Below are positions 31,134 through 41,026 of a DNA stretch of 64,000 nt, one piece after another. The stretch covers positions 160,001 to 224,000 of the forward strand of contig CAVVHE010000006.1 of NCBI GenBank assembly GCA_963748015.1, in the 5' to 3' direction. This DNA comes from Terriglobia bacterium (GTDB taxonomy: Bacteria; Acidobacteriota; Polarisedimenticolia; Polarisedimenticolales; JAIQFR01). Below the pieces are notes generated by a model. The model did no database searches, was not told the DNA's origin, and saw nothing but the letters and a program-made list of their open reading frames with translations. The position numbers and the translations under genes are program-made. How positions within the stretch are numbered: position 1 is the stretch's first letter; every line of letters begins with the position of its first letter.

Positions 31134-33797
31134 CTACTTTGCCTGCAGCTCCGCGGGCCAGTTCGTGACCAGCGTGAAGGGCGGCGCGACCGTCTGCTCG
31201 AGGGGGACCTCGGCGAGGTAGCGGCGGCCGTCGGCCGTGAGCCTTCCCGGTCCCTGGGGGAGCTGTCCTCCGCCGAAGAGCGGGCGAGGGGTCCCGATCG
31301 CGAGGTTCGATCCCGTCAAGGAAAGCGGAACGAGGACGAGCTTCCTGCCGGACGTGACGTAGGCGATCTCGCGGCCGTCGCCGATCCAGAACCCGGCCGA
31401 GGCGCCACCCGACGAGATCTGCCTCTTGGCGCCCGGGCCCGGGAACGGGACGACGAACAGCTCGTCCTTTCCGGATTCGTTGGAGGTGTACGCCATCCAC
31501 TTCCCGTCCGGCGAGAACTCCGCGCCCCCCTCCGACGCCGGCGTCGCTAGGAAGGGATACGGCTTCCGATCTCCCCCGAGAGGCACGATCCAGACGTCCC
31601 AGCGTGACTTGCCTCCCTGCACGCGGTAGGCGAGGAAGGAGCCGTCCGGGGTCACGGACAGGGGCACCAACCGGCCCCCCATGTCCGTCGAGACGAGCAC
31701 GGTGGCGTCCGATGCGCCGTCGGCCGCCTTGATGGAGAGCTTCCCGGTGCCGTCGGAATAGACGATGTTGCGCCCGTCCGGCGTCCAGAGCGGGAAAGTG
31801 CACAACGACGGGCCGAAGGTGAAGCGGGTGCCCACGCCGCGATCGAGATCGTAGGTCCAGATGTCGATCTTGTCTCCCGCGCTCTGGATGGCCGCCGCCG
31901 CATGCCGGCCGTCCGGAGAGAGCGCAGGGCGGCCCACTCCCACGAAGGTGACCGCGTCTCCCACCGTGGCTCCCTTCTTCCCGTCGGTATCGAACCAGGT
32001 GAGCTGGCTCTTCGGGACGGCGACCCCCGCCTGGAAGAGGAGCAGGCCCGTGCTCGACATCGTGTAGACGCCGGTATAGCGGAACGGGTTGAAGGTGACC
32101 TTCTCCGCGATCGGCACGGCCTCGCCGCGGGTGCTCAGGGACGCGGCGTCGAATGGCTGCGCGGTCAGATTGCCGTCGCGCACGCAGACGAGGTGGCCGG
32201 GCTCGGCGTAGAACCCCTCACCGTCCGCCTTCGCGACGACCTTCGTCTCCTTCGTATCGAGATCGAGCGACCGGATCTCGTTGTCCTTGCCGCCGACGTT
32301 CCCCGCGGCGGTCAGGAACAGCAAACGATTCCCGTCCGGAAGGAAGTGCGGCAGGCGGTGCGTCAGGGTGGTCTTGTCCACGGTCGTGACCGCGACCGGC
32401 GTTCCGCCCGCGGCGGGGATCTGCATGAGGGCGCCGAAGGGGTCGGGAGCGAAGACGATCGTGCCGTTTCGCGACCAGCTTCCGCCGCGGCCGTCGTCGG
32501 CATCGCAGAGCGTCACCGCCGTCCCACCGTTGGCGGGCACCTTCTTCAGCTTGCGGTCCGCGAAGAAGCCGATGTGTAGCCCGTCGGGGGACCAGAAGGG
32601 ACAGGTCGCGCCTTCGGTTCCCGCGAGGGGCTGCGCGACGAGGCTGTCGAGCGGCCGGACCCAGAGACGCAGCGGACCATCGGCCTCCGACGCGACGATC
32701 GCCAGCTTCGTTCCATCCGGCGAGAGGGCGACGGGCGCATTCTGGGAGTCTAGCGTGGCCCCGGGCGGCAGCAACACGCTCGCCCGCACGACGGGTCTCG
32801 GCGCGGGACGATGGGAAAGGTAGCCGCCGGCTGCCGCGCCGGCCGCCAGGACGAGCGCCGCAATCCAGGGAAGCCACGCGCGTCCGCGCCGGATCGGGGC
32901 CGTCGGCAGCGGCACCGACTGCGCGGAGGCCTGGGAGCCGCTCTCGGCGATCCACTTCAGCGCGCGCTTGAGATCGCCGGCGCCCTGCCACCTCTCGTCC
33001 GGGTCCTTGGCGAGGCATTGCCGTACGATCCGATCGAGCGCCGCGGGGCTCATCGGCCGGATCTCCGGGATCGGTCGCGGCTGCTCCTTCAGGATCGCGG
33101 CGATCAGCGAGGCCTGCGTCTTACCCTCGAACGCGGGCTGCCCCGTCGCCATCTCGTAGAGCACCGCGCCGAAGGCGAAGATGTCGCTGCGCGGGTCGGC
33201 CTCGCTCCCCTCGAGCTGCTCCGGCGCCATGTACCGGAAGGTCCCGACGAGGGTCCCCGCCGCCGTGAGGGGGCTCGTCATGGTCGGCGACGCGGTGAGG
33301 TTCGACGGCGCGGCGGCGGAGCCGATGCTCTTGGCGAGGCCGAAGTCGAGGAGCTTCGTCCCCGACTTCGAGATCATGATGTTTCCCGGCTTGAGGTCGC
33401 GATGGATCAGCCCGCCCCGGTGCGCCCTGTCGAGGGCGTCGGCGACGTCGATCGCGTAGCGGAGGAGGTCGTCGGTCGGGATCGGTCCCTTCTCGATCTT
33501 CCGGGCGAGCGTCTCCCCCTCGAGATACTCCATCACGAGGTAGTCGACGCCGTCCTGCTCGCCGATGTCGTGCAGCGTGCAGATGTTCGGGTGGTTGAGG
33601 CTCGAGACGGCCTTCGCCTCGCGCTCGAACCGCTCGCGGACGTCGGGGCTCGCGGCGACGTGGGAGGGGAGGACCTTGACCGCGACGGTCCGGTCGAGCC
33701 GCGTGTCGCGTGCCTTGTAGACCTCTCCCATCCCCCCGGCCCCGAGGGGAGCGAGGATCTCGTACGGGCCGAGCCGTATTCCAGGATTCAGCGGCAT
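31134..33797 (-). CDS. Ser/Thr protein kinase with TM segment and TolB/PD40 beta-propeller (kinase 2)
   Basis: MPLNPGIRLGPYEI start, HRDLKPGN, DFGLAK, YMAPE, SPDG repeats. Confidence 0.95.
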   Translation of the reverse strand: MPLNPGIRLGPYEILAPLGAGGMGEVYKARDTRLDRTVAVKVLPSHVAASPDVRERFEREAKAVSSLNHPNICTLHDIGEQDGVDYLVMEYLEGETLARKIEKGPIPTDDLLRYAIDVADALDRAHRGGLIHRDLKPGNIMISKSGTKLLDFGLAKSIGSAAAPSNLTASPTMTSPLTAAGTLVGTFRYMAPEQLEGSEADPRSDIFAFGAVLYEMATGQPAFEGKTQASLIAAILKEQPRPIPEIRPMSPAALDRIVRQCLAKDPDERWQGAGDLKRALKWIAESGSQASAQSVPLPTAPIRRGRAWLPWIAALVLAAGAAAGGYLSHRPAPRPVVRASVLLPPGATLDSQNAPVALSPDGTKLAIVASEADGPLRLWVRPLDSLVAQPLAGTEGATCPFWSPDGLHIGFFADRKLKKVPANGGTAVTLCDADDGRGGSWSRNGTIVFAPDPFGALMQIPAAGGTPVAVTTVDKTTLTHRLPHFLPDGNRLLFLTAAGNVGGKDNEIRSLDLDTKETKVVAKADGEGFYAEPGHLVCVRDGNLTAQPFDAASLSTRGEAVPIAEKVTFNPFRYTGVYTMSSTGLLLFQAGVAVPKSQLTWFDTDGKKGATVGDAVTFVGVGRPALSPDGRHAAAAIQSAGDKIDIWTYDLDRGVGTRFTFGPSLCTFPLWTPDGRNIVYSDGTGKLSIKAADGASDATVLVSTDMGGRLVPLSVTPDGSFLAYRVQGGKSRWDVWIVPLGGDRKPYPFLATPASEGGAEFSPDGKWMAYTSNESGKDELFVVPFPGPGAKRQISSGGASAGFWIGDGREIAYVTSGRKLVLVPLSLTGSNLAIGTPRPLFGGGQLPQGPGRLTADGRRYLAEVPLEQTVAPPFTLVTNWPAELQAK

Positions 33798-33890
33798 GAT
33801 CTTCCCAGAATACCACGAAGCAGCGCCGGTCGGTGTTTCCCGGGGCCCCGACCGGCGCGTTATGATGGACGGTCCTGGCAAGGAGGACCG

Positions 33891-35618
33891 ATGCCCACGC
33901 CTCAGGAATCCCTGCTCGACGCGATCCGCGACGCCGTGATCGGCGACGACCAGGTGCTCGACGGGCCGTTCGGGCCGCGCCGCGTCACCTATGCCGACTA
34001 CACCGCGTCGGGGCGCTCACTCGCCTTCATCGAGGACTACATCCGCCGCGAGGTCCTCCCGCTCTACGCCAACACGCACACCGAGACGTCGGGGACCGGC
34101 CTGCAGACGACGCGCTTCCGGGAGGACGCCCGACGCATCGTGCTCGAGAGCGTCGGGGGGACCGACGCCGACGGGGTGATCTTCTGCGGATCCGGCGCCA
34201 CCGCGGCGGTGAACACCCTGATCGGAATCCTGAACCTGAGGATCCCGGCGGACCTCGACGATCGCTACCGGCTGAGCGAGAGGATCCCGCCGCAAGAGCG
34301 CCCCGTCGTCTTCATCGGGCCCTACGAGCATCACTCCAACGAGATCCCGTGGCGGGAGTCGATCGCCGAGGTCGTCGTCATCGACGAGAGCGGAGACGGC
34401 GGCGTGGACCTCGACCACTTCGAGCGCGAGCTGAAGCGGTTCGCGGAGCGGCCGCTCAGGATCGGGAGCTTCTCGGCGGCGTCCAACGTGACGGGGATCG
34501 AGACCGACACGAGGGCGATCACCGTCCTGCTCCACCGCCACGGCGCGCTCTCGTTCTGGGACTACGCCGCCGCCGCTCCCTACGTCGAGATCGAGATGAA
34601 CCCGCGCGGCGGGAGTGACGCCGAGCTCGCGCGCAAGGACGCCATCTTCCTCTCGCCGCACAAGTTCGTCGGCGGTCCCGGCACGCCCGGGGTGCTCGTC
34701 GTGAAGCGCGCGCTCCTCCGCAATCGCGTTCCCACGATGCCGGGCGGAGGAACGGTCGCGTACGTCAATCCCAGGGACCACCGCTACCTCGACGATCGGG
34801 TGCACCGCGAGGAGGGTGGGACCCCCGCCATCGTCGAGGCGATCCGGGCGGGCCTCGTCTTCCAGTTGAAGCAGGCGGTGGGGACCGACCTGATTCGCCG
34901 GCGCGAGGACGCCTTCATCCGGCGCGCGATCGCGTCGTGGTCGCGGAACCCGAACATCGACATCCTGGGGAACCAGGACGCCCGCCGCCTCTCCATCGTC
35001 TCCTTCGTGGTCCGGCACGGCGCACGCCACCTGCACCACAACTTCGTCGTGGCGGTGCTCAACGACCTGTTCGGCATCCAGGCCCGCGGCGGCTGCTCGT
35101 GCGCCGGCCCTTACGGCCACCGGCTGCTCGGCATCGACCTCACGAGATCTCGCGAGTTCGAGGAGGAGATCGTCAAGGGGAACGAGGGGATCAAGCCGGG
35201 GTGGGTCCGCGTCAACTTCAACTACTTCCTTTCCGAGCCGGTTTTCGAGTTCGTCCTCGAGGCGGTGCATCTCGTCGCGGAGCGCGGGTGGGCGCTCCTC
35301 CCGCAGTACCGATTCGATCCCGCGACCGGAAGGTGGACGCACCGCGATGCACGCACCGACCCGGCGATGCGCCTGACCGACGTGACCTACCGCGACGGGC
35401 GCATGGAGTACCTCTCGAAGCACCCCACGCTGCCCGAATCCGCGCTGGTGCTTCATCTCGCCGAGGCCCGCCAGGTCCTGGACGAGGCGGCGCGCGCCCT
35501 CCCACCCTCGGCGGGGGAGTCGCCGCGTCCCTCATCGTTCGAGCACCTTCGCTGGTTTCCCCTGCCGGAGGACGTTTGGGGGAACCTCGATGGCAAGGAA
35601 GACGGCCGGCGCAAGTGA
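33891..35618 (+). CDS. Aminotransferase class V-fold PLP enzyme (cysteine desulfurase-like)
   Basis: YADYTASGR, ANTHT, EHHSN, AASNVTG, WDYAA, SPHK (PLP Lys), RGGCSCAGPYGH; AAGGAGG RBS; TATGAT at 33861. Confidence 0.92.
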   Translation: MPTPQESLLDAIRDAVIGDDQVLDGPFGPRRVTYADYTASGRSLAFIEDYIRREVLPLYANTHTETSGTGLQTTRFREDARRIVLESVGGTDADGVIFCGSGATAAVNTLIGILNLRIPADLDDRYRLSERIPPQERPVVFIGPYEHHSNEIPWRESIAEVVVIDESGDGGVDLDHFERELKRFAERPLRIGSFSAASNVTGIETDTRAITVLLHRHGALSFWDYAAAAPYVEIEMNPRGGSDAELARKDAIFLSPHKFVGGPGTPGVLVVKRALLRNRVPTMPGGGTVAYVNPRDHRYLDDRVHREEGGTPAIVEAIRAGLVFQLKQAVGTDLIRRREDAFIRRAIASWSRNPNIDILGNQDARRLSIVSFVVRHGARHLHHNFVVAVLNDLFGIQARGGCSCAGPYGHRLLGIDLTRSREFEEEIVKGNEGIKPGWVRVNFNYFLSEPVFEFVLEAVHLVAERGWALLPQYRFDPATGRWTHRDARTDPAMRLTDVTYRDGRMEYLSKHPTLPESALVLHLAEARQVLDEAARALPPSAGESPRPSSFEHLRWFPLPEDVWGNLDGKEDGRRK

Positions 35619-35763
35619 ACTGTTGCGCCAACGTCAGCGAGCCTCGTCGCGGTTAGCCGACCACCAGACTCTCACGTGGGCCCCGTCGCCATCGCCCTGT
35701 CCGTGAGTACCGGAGCGGCGCGAGCGAGGTCCCCTCGCGACTCGATTCGGAAGCGGCCGCGGG

Positions 35764-35929
35764 CTGGTGTCCCGAGTCCGAGGTGCGTCACCTATTTCGC
35801 CGGCCCTGGCCGGCCCTGGCTGCGTCGGGCCTCCTCGAAGTACTCCCGGTATTCCTTCGTCGGCCCTCCTTGCCAGGACCGCCCATGGCTCGGCGAAATA
35901 GGCAACGTACCTCGGACTCGGGACACTAG
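35764..35929. mobile_element. MITE-like non-autonomous element with 39-bp terminal inverted repeats
   Basis: 35764-35802 matches the reverse complement of 35891-35929 at 35/39. Outermost tetramers CTGG/CTAG may be a target duplication. Internal 10-bp tandem duplication at 35801-35820; no coding capacity. Confidence 0.75.
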
Positions 35930-35943
35930 TGTAAAGTGAGAGG

Positions 35944-38640
35944 ATGTTCCTCTCCGTCGGCACACGACTCGGCCCTTATGAGATCGTCGGGGCACTAGGC
36001 GCGGGCGGGATGGGCGAGGTGTACCGCGCCCGAGACCCGCGCCTCGGGCGCGACGTGGCGATCAAGGCCCTGCCCGCGGCGTTCGCGCAGGACCCCGAGC
36101 GGCTCGCGCGCTTCGAGCGCGAGGCGAGGCTCCTGGCGTCGTTGTCGCACCCGAACGTCGCCGGCATCCACGGGCTCGAGGAAGTCGAGGGGGGGCGTTA
36201 CCTGGTGCTCGAGCTCGTCGAGGGCGAGACGCTCGCCGCGAGGCTCGCGCGCGGGCCGCTGCCGCTCGACGAGGCGCTCGAGGTCGCGAAGCAGATCGCG
36301 GCGGGAGTGGAAGCGGCGCACGAGAGCGGGGTGGTGCACCGGGACCTCAAGCCCGGGAACGTGATGCTGACGCCGTCGGGCGCGGTGAAGGTGCTGGATT
36401 TCGGCCTCGCGAAGGCGGGCGCGGCCGAGCGAACGGCATCGGGCACGGACCTCGCGGCATCGCCGACCGTGACGCACGCGGCGACGCAAGCCGGCGTGAT
36501 TCTCGGGACGGCGGCGTACATGAGTCCCGAGCAGGCGCGCGGGAGGACGGTGGACAAGCGCTCCGACGTCTGGGCGTTCGGCTGCGTCCTCTACGAGTGC
36601 CTCACGGGCCACCAGGCCTACGAGGGCGAGACGGTTTCGGACCTGATCGCGAAGATACTCCGGGCGGAGCCGGACTGGAGCGCCCTACCGCCCGACATGC
36701 CGCCGCGCGTGCGCGAGCTGCTCGCCCGCTGCCTGCACAAGGACGCCAGGGAGCGGCTGCGCGACATCGGCGAGGCGCGCATCGTCCTCGCGTCTCCGTT
36801 TGAAGAGAGAACCGCGGCGGCGCCCGCCTCGCGCCCGGGGGGCCTGTCCTGGTGGGCGGTGGCGGCGCTCGCCCTCGCCCTGGTGACTCTGACGGTGTCT
36901 GCCGCGCTGAGGTTCGGCTCGTCCACCGCACCCGCTCCGCTGCGCAAGCTCGACCTGTCCGCGGGCGACATCGTCGTCTCCTGGGCCGAGGGACCGGTTC
37001 TCTCTCCAGACGGCTCGAGGATCGCCTATCTTTCGAGGAACCGGATCTGGGTGCGGGACCTCGACCGGCTCGCGCCCCGCGCCGTCGCCGACGTCCTGTC
37101 GCGGACGCCGATCGGCTGGTCGCCCGACTCCGGTTCGCTGGCGTTCGTGGACGGCAAGAAGCTCTGGAAGGTGCCGGTCGAGGGGGGCAGGCCGATCGCC
37201 ATCTGCGAGATCCCCGGCGCTGGAAACATCATCGGGGTGACCTGGTCCCGCTCGGGAACGATCGCCTTCTCGGCCTGGCGAGGCGGGATGTACCGAGTGC
37301 CCGCCGGAGGAGGGACCGCGGAGCTCCTGATCGACATCGACCCGGCCACGACAATCGACTTCCACAGCCCCTCCTGGCTGGCGAACGGAGATCTCCTCTA
37401 CACCACACACTGGAAGTCCGCGCGAGACGGCAAGGGCCAACCGCTGCCCCACCTGAGCGTGTTCGACGGCAAGCGGCAGATCCCGGTCGCCGGCAGTTTC
37501 GGCGGCGACGACGAGTCGCCCATCGTGACGTCCACCGGGCAGCTCCTGTTCCTGCGCCGGGGCGCGAACTCCGGAATCTGGTCGATTCCGATCGATCTCG
37601 AGCGCCGGCGCGCAGAAGGGACCGAGGTCCTCGTGGCGCCCGACGCCGTGTGGATGAGCGCGTCGGAGGATGGCTCCCTGCTCTACGTGGAGGGATCGAG
37701 CAGCGACGCGGCGCGAGAGCTGGTCTGGGCGGACCGGTCGGGGAAGGTGCTCGAGGCGGTCGGGCCTGCCCATCCCGGCCTCGCCGACCCGGCGCTTTCG
37801 CCCGACGGCCGGCGCATCGCGTTCAGCGCCACGGACGGCAACAACCAGGATGTTTGGGTTCGCGACCTGTCCCGCGGCACCGAAACCCGGATCACGTTCG
37901 GCGAGCAGAGGGAGAGCCTGCCGGTCTGGCTCGCCTCGGCGTCCCGGCTCGCGTACGTCGAGCAAAAGGGCATGGAGGGGCGCATCGTCGCGGCCAATGC
38001 GGACGGATCGGGAGCGCAGAGCGAGTTCGCGCCGGCAGCCGGCCTGGGGGGATCGGGCGGCGATCTCAGCGTTGCCGCGGATGGAACGTGGGCTGCCCGG
38101 ATCGTCGACGACCGCGGACAGGGACGGCTGAGAGTCGCCCAGGTACTGCCCGACGGCACCCTCGGCCCGCTCCGGCCGGTCCTGAAGACGCAGCCCGAGC
38201 CGGACATCAACGATGCGAGCGTCTCGCCGGACGGGCGGCTCCTTGCGTACGTGACGAACAACCCGGGGCAGGTGGACCTGTTCCTGACCCGGTTCCCTTC
38301 GGGCGAAGGGAAGTGGCAGGTCGGCACCGAGGGCGGGCGCGCGCCGCGGTGGGCACGCGACGGCAAGGAGCTGCTCTTCATCTCCGGCAGCGGTCCCACC
38401 CGACGCAGCATGGTCTCGGTGAACGTGGATTCCTCGCAGGAGCCGCCGCTCGGTGCCATGACCCGTCTGTTCGAGCTTGGCGACGGACTCGACCTCTCGG
38501 ATGCGCGCCGGTTCGACGTTACCGCGGACGGGTCGAAGTTCTTGTTCGTCCGCCCCGCGGGTGGCGCCGCCGACACGCTTCGGCGCATGGTCCTGGTGCA
38601 GAACTGGCGGATCGAATTCGAAAGAAAGGGTGGGCGCTGA
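35944..38640 (+). CDS. Ser/Thr protein kinase with TM segment and TolB/PD40 beta-propeller (kinase 3)
   Basis: GAGGMGEVY, HRDLKPGN, DFGLAK, YMSPE, TM helix, SPDG repeats. Confidence 0.95.
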   Translation: MFLSVGTRLGPYEIVGALGAGGMGEVYRARDPRLGRDVAIKALPAAFAQDPERLARFEREARLLASLSHPNVAGIHGLEEVEGGRYLVLELVEGETLAARLARGPLPLDEALEVAKQIAAGVEAAHESGVVHRDLKPGNVMLTPSGAVKVLDFGLAKAGAAERTASGTDLAASPTVTHAATQAGVILGTAAYMSPEQARGRTVDKRSDVWAFGCVLYECLTGHQAYEGETVSDLIAKILRAEPDWSALPPDMPPRVRELLARCLHKDARERLRDIGEARIVLASPFEERTAAAPASRPGGLSWWAVAALALALVTLTVSAALRFGSSTAPAPLRKLDLSAGDIVVSWAEGPVLSPDGSRIAYLSRNRIWVRDLDRLAPRAVADVLSRTPIGWSPDSGSLAFVDGKKLWKVPVEGGRPIAICEIPGAGNIIGVTWSRSGTIAFSAWRGGMYRVPAGGGTAELLIDIDPATTIDFHSPSWLANGDLLYTTHWKSARDGKGQPLPHLSVFDGKRQIPVAGSFGGDDESPIVTSTGQLLFLRRGANSGIWSIPIDLERRRAEGTEVLVAPDAVWMSASEDGSLLYVEGSSSDAARELVWADRSGKVLEAVGPAHPGLADPALSPDGRRIAFSATDGNNQDVWVRDLSRGTETRITFGEQRESLPVWLASASRLAYVEQKGMEGRIVAANADGSGAQSEFAPAAGLGGSGGDLSVAADGTWAARIVDDRGQGRLRVAQVLPDGTLGPLRPVLKTQPEPDINDASVSPDGRLLAYVTNNPGQVDLFLTRFPSGEGKWQVGTEGGRAPRWARDGKELLFISGSGPTRRSMVSVNVDSSQEPPLGAMTRLFELGDGLDLSDARRFDVTADGSKFLFVRPAGGAADTLRRMVLVQNWRIEFERKGGR

Positions 38641-38758
38641 GGATCCCGCCGAGCGCCGGCACCCGCCGACGCTCGGACACTCGGAAATCGAAGCGGGGCG
38701 CTTCCATCAAGGACGAAGAGAAGAAGGAATCGGGGCGAATCGTGCCCGGGCGGAGGGC

Positions 38759-40990
38759 ATGAAGCGCAATCCGGGGGCCGGTAGGCTGACCCTGTGCGAA
38801 TGTGTCGCCGTCGGGATTCTAGCGGCCGGCGCGTTCGCGCATGCCTGGGCGTTCGAGGGACGCGTCGTCGATCGCCGCACCGGCTCGCCGGTGGCGGGAG
38901 CCACGGTCACGGTCGTGGGACGCAGCGGGACCGCGCGCACGGACGGCGACGGGCGATTCGAGTGGAAGCCGGACCCCCCGACGCCCTTCGCGATCGTCGT
39001 GGTGCTCCCGGGCGGCGCCGTCGCGGGGCCCGCGCGGGTCGAGCGGATCGACCACGCCGCGGTTACGACGATCGAGCTCGAGGCCGCGGTCCACGAGTCG
39101 GTGACCGTCGTGGGGGTCGCGCCCAGCATCGACACGACCCCGGCCGCGGGCACGACGCTGCTGTCCGATGCGCAGATCGCGAGACGCAACCCGGCGAACC
39201 TGATGCAGGCGCTCGAGACGGTCCCCGGAGTCAGCCAGGTTTCCGAGGGGCAGGCCGCGGTTCCCGCGATCCGCGGCCTCGCGCGCGGCCGGTCGCTGAT
39301 CCTGGTCGACGGCACGAGGGTCTCCTCGGAGCGCCGGGTCGGGCCGAGCGCGACCTACCTCGACCCGTCGATCCTCGAGGGAATCGACGTCGCGAGGGGG
39401 CCCGGCTCGGTGGCCTACGGCTCGGACGCGCTGGGCGGGGTGATCTCGCTGCGCACGCGCCGCGCCGAGCCTCGCAGCCCGCTCCAACTGCGCTTCCTGG
39501 CCGCCGCCGGGACCGGGATTCCCGAAAGGCGCGGCTCGATCGAGCTGTCGAAGGGCTTCGCCGAAGGCGGGATCCTCGTGCAGGCGCACGGGCGCGACGC
39601 CGACGACTACACCGGCCCGGACGGCGAGAGCGTCTTGAACTCGGGCTGGAGCGACCGCGGCCTGCTCGTGCGCCTCGACGACCGTCTCGGCCCCGGCGAG
39701 CTCTCGCTCGGATACCAAGGGGACTTCGCGCGGGACGTCGAGCGGCCGCGCAGTAATTCCGGCTCGGTCCGCTTCTACTACCCGTACGAGAACTCGCACC
39801 GCCTGACCGCGGCCTACGAGCTCCCGGCCGTCGCGGGATTCGAGAAGCTCGCCTTCAACGGGTTCTTCGGTCGCTACGAGCAGCGGACGGACCAGGATCG
39901 CTTCTCCGCCCCGGAGCGGACCATCGACCGGGCGGATATCTCGGCCGACGATTTCCAGGTCCGGGGGGTCGCGGAGCGTCTCGCCGGTCCGGTGCGTCTC
40001 GAGTTCGGGGCGGAGGCGGCCGGCCGGCTCGGGCTCGAGGCGGAGGAGATCCGCATCGCGTACGACGCGGCGGGAGAGCTCGCGCAGAGCGAGTCGCTGA
40101 CGGCGATCGCCGACGCGAGCCGTCTCGACACGGCGGCATTCGCGCAGGCGCAGGCGGCCCTCTCGCGCGTCGTGTTCGTCTCGGGCGGCCTCAGGGCCGA
40201 CCGGGTCAGGACGAAGAACGAGGGCGGCTACTTCGGCGACCGTTCGACGTCGAACTCCGCGGTCTCGGGTTTCGGCGCGGTGACGGCGGGCCCCGCTCGC
40301 GGGTTCACCTTCACGGCGCAGCTCTCGCGCGGCTTCCGCGACCCGATGCTGTCGGACCGCTACTATCGCGGCCCCACCGGACGGGGCTACGTCACGGGGA
40401 ACCCCGACCTCGAGCCGGAGACCAGCGTCCAGTGGGACCTCGCGCTTCGCTACGCGGCCGGTCCCGTGCGAGTCGCGGCGTACGCGTATCGCTACACGAT
40501 CGAGGATCTCGTGGAGCGCTACGCCAGCGAGGAGAATCCCGACGATTTCCTCTTCCGGAACCGCGGCAGCGCTCGGCTTCGAGGGCTCGAGCTGGAGCTG
40601 CAATCGGCGCTGGGGCGCGGCTTCGTTCTCGAGGCGGCGGCGCAGACCGAGCGCGGGACGACGCAGGACGACGGCAAGGGCCTCGACGACGTGCCGGCGG
40701 GATCGCTCTCGATCCTCCTGCGCAAGGAGCTTGGGGAAAAGGGCTTTGCCCAGATCCGCGCCGGTTGGTTCGCCCCGGACGACCGGCCGGGCCCCACCGA
40801 GAGCCAGGCCACGGCTCCCGGCTACACGCTCGTGGACATCGGCGCCGGCTGGCGGCCGTCCCCGTCGCTCGAGTTCCGCGCGCAGGTACGCAACGTGCTC
40901 GATGCCGAGTACTGGGCCAGCCCGGACCCGCGATGGGTGTACGCGCCGGGCCGGTCGGCGAGCATCACGGCCGTGGCCACATTTCGTTGA
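38759..40990 (+). CDS. TonB-dependent receptor with N-terminal carboxypeptidase-regulatory-like domain
   Basis: GRVVD..PVAGATV, ESVTVVG (TonB box-like), LILVDG, RGPGSVAYGSDALGGVI plug, GNPDLEPE, NVLDAEY, PGRS. Confidence 0.92.
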   Translation: MKRNPGAGRLTLCECVAVGILAAGAFAHAWAFEGRVVDRRTGSPVAGATVTVVGRSGTARTDGDGRFEWKPDPPTPFAIVVVLPGGAVAGPARVERIDHAAVTTIELEAAVHESVTVVGVAPSIDTTPAAGTTLLSDAQIARRNPANLMQALETVPGVSQVSEGQAAVPAIRGLARGRSLILVDGTRVSSERRVGPSATYLDPSILEGIDVARGPGSVAYGSDALGGVISLRTRRAEPRSPLQLRFLAAAGTGIPERRGSIELSKGFAEGGILVQAHGRDADDYTGPDGESVLNSGWSDRGLLVRLDDRLGPGELSLGYQGDFARDVERPRSNSGSVRFYYPYENSHRLTAAYELPAVAGFEKLAFNGFFGRYEQRTDQDRFSAPERTIDRADISADDFQVRGVAERLAGPVRLEFGAEAAGRLGLEAEEIRIAYDAAGELAQSESLTAIADASRLDTAAFAQAQAALSRVVFVSGGLRADRVRTKNEGGYFGDRSTSNSAVSGFGAVTAGPARGFTFTAQLSRGFRDPMLSDRYYRGPTGRGYVTGNPDLEPETSVQWDLALRYAAGPVRVAAYAYRYTIEDLVERYASEENPDDFLFRNRGSARLRGLELELQSALGRGFVLEAAAQTERGTTQDDGKGLDDVPAGSLSILLRKELGEKGFAQIRAGWFAPDDRPGPTESQATAPGYTLVDIGAGWRPSPSLEFRAQVRNVLDAEYWASPDPRWVYAPGRSASITAVATFR

Positions 40991-41026
40991 CGGGGCGGGG
41001 AAGCCGCCAGGGGCGGCGCCCGTCGC

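Noticed and set aside
32811..33890. N-terminal extension of the aminotransferase (935-aa ORF)
   Set aside because: It is antisense to kinase 2; the real start is 33891 after AAGGAGG.
35634..35995. Small ORFs across the MITE-like element
   Set aside because: They are translations of the repeat itself (the inverted arms give mirrored peptides) and have no independent coding support.
38641..38758. Cobalamin or other riboswitch upstream of the TonB-dependent receptor
   Set aside because: The gap is only about 118 bp and lacks recognisable B12-box or TPP consensus elements.
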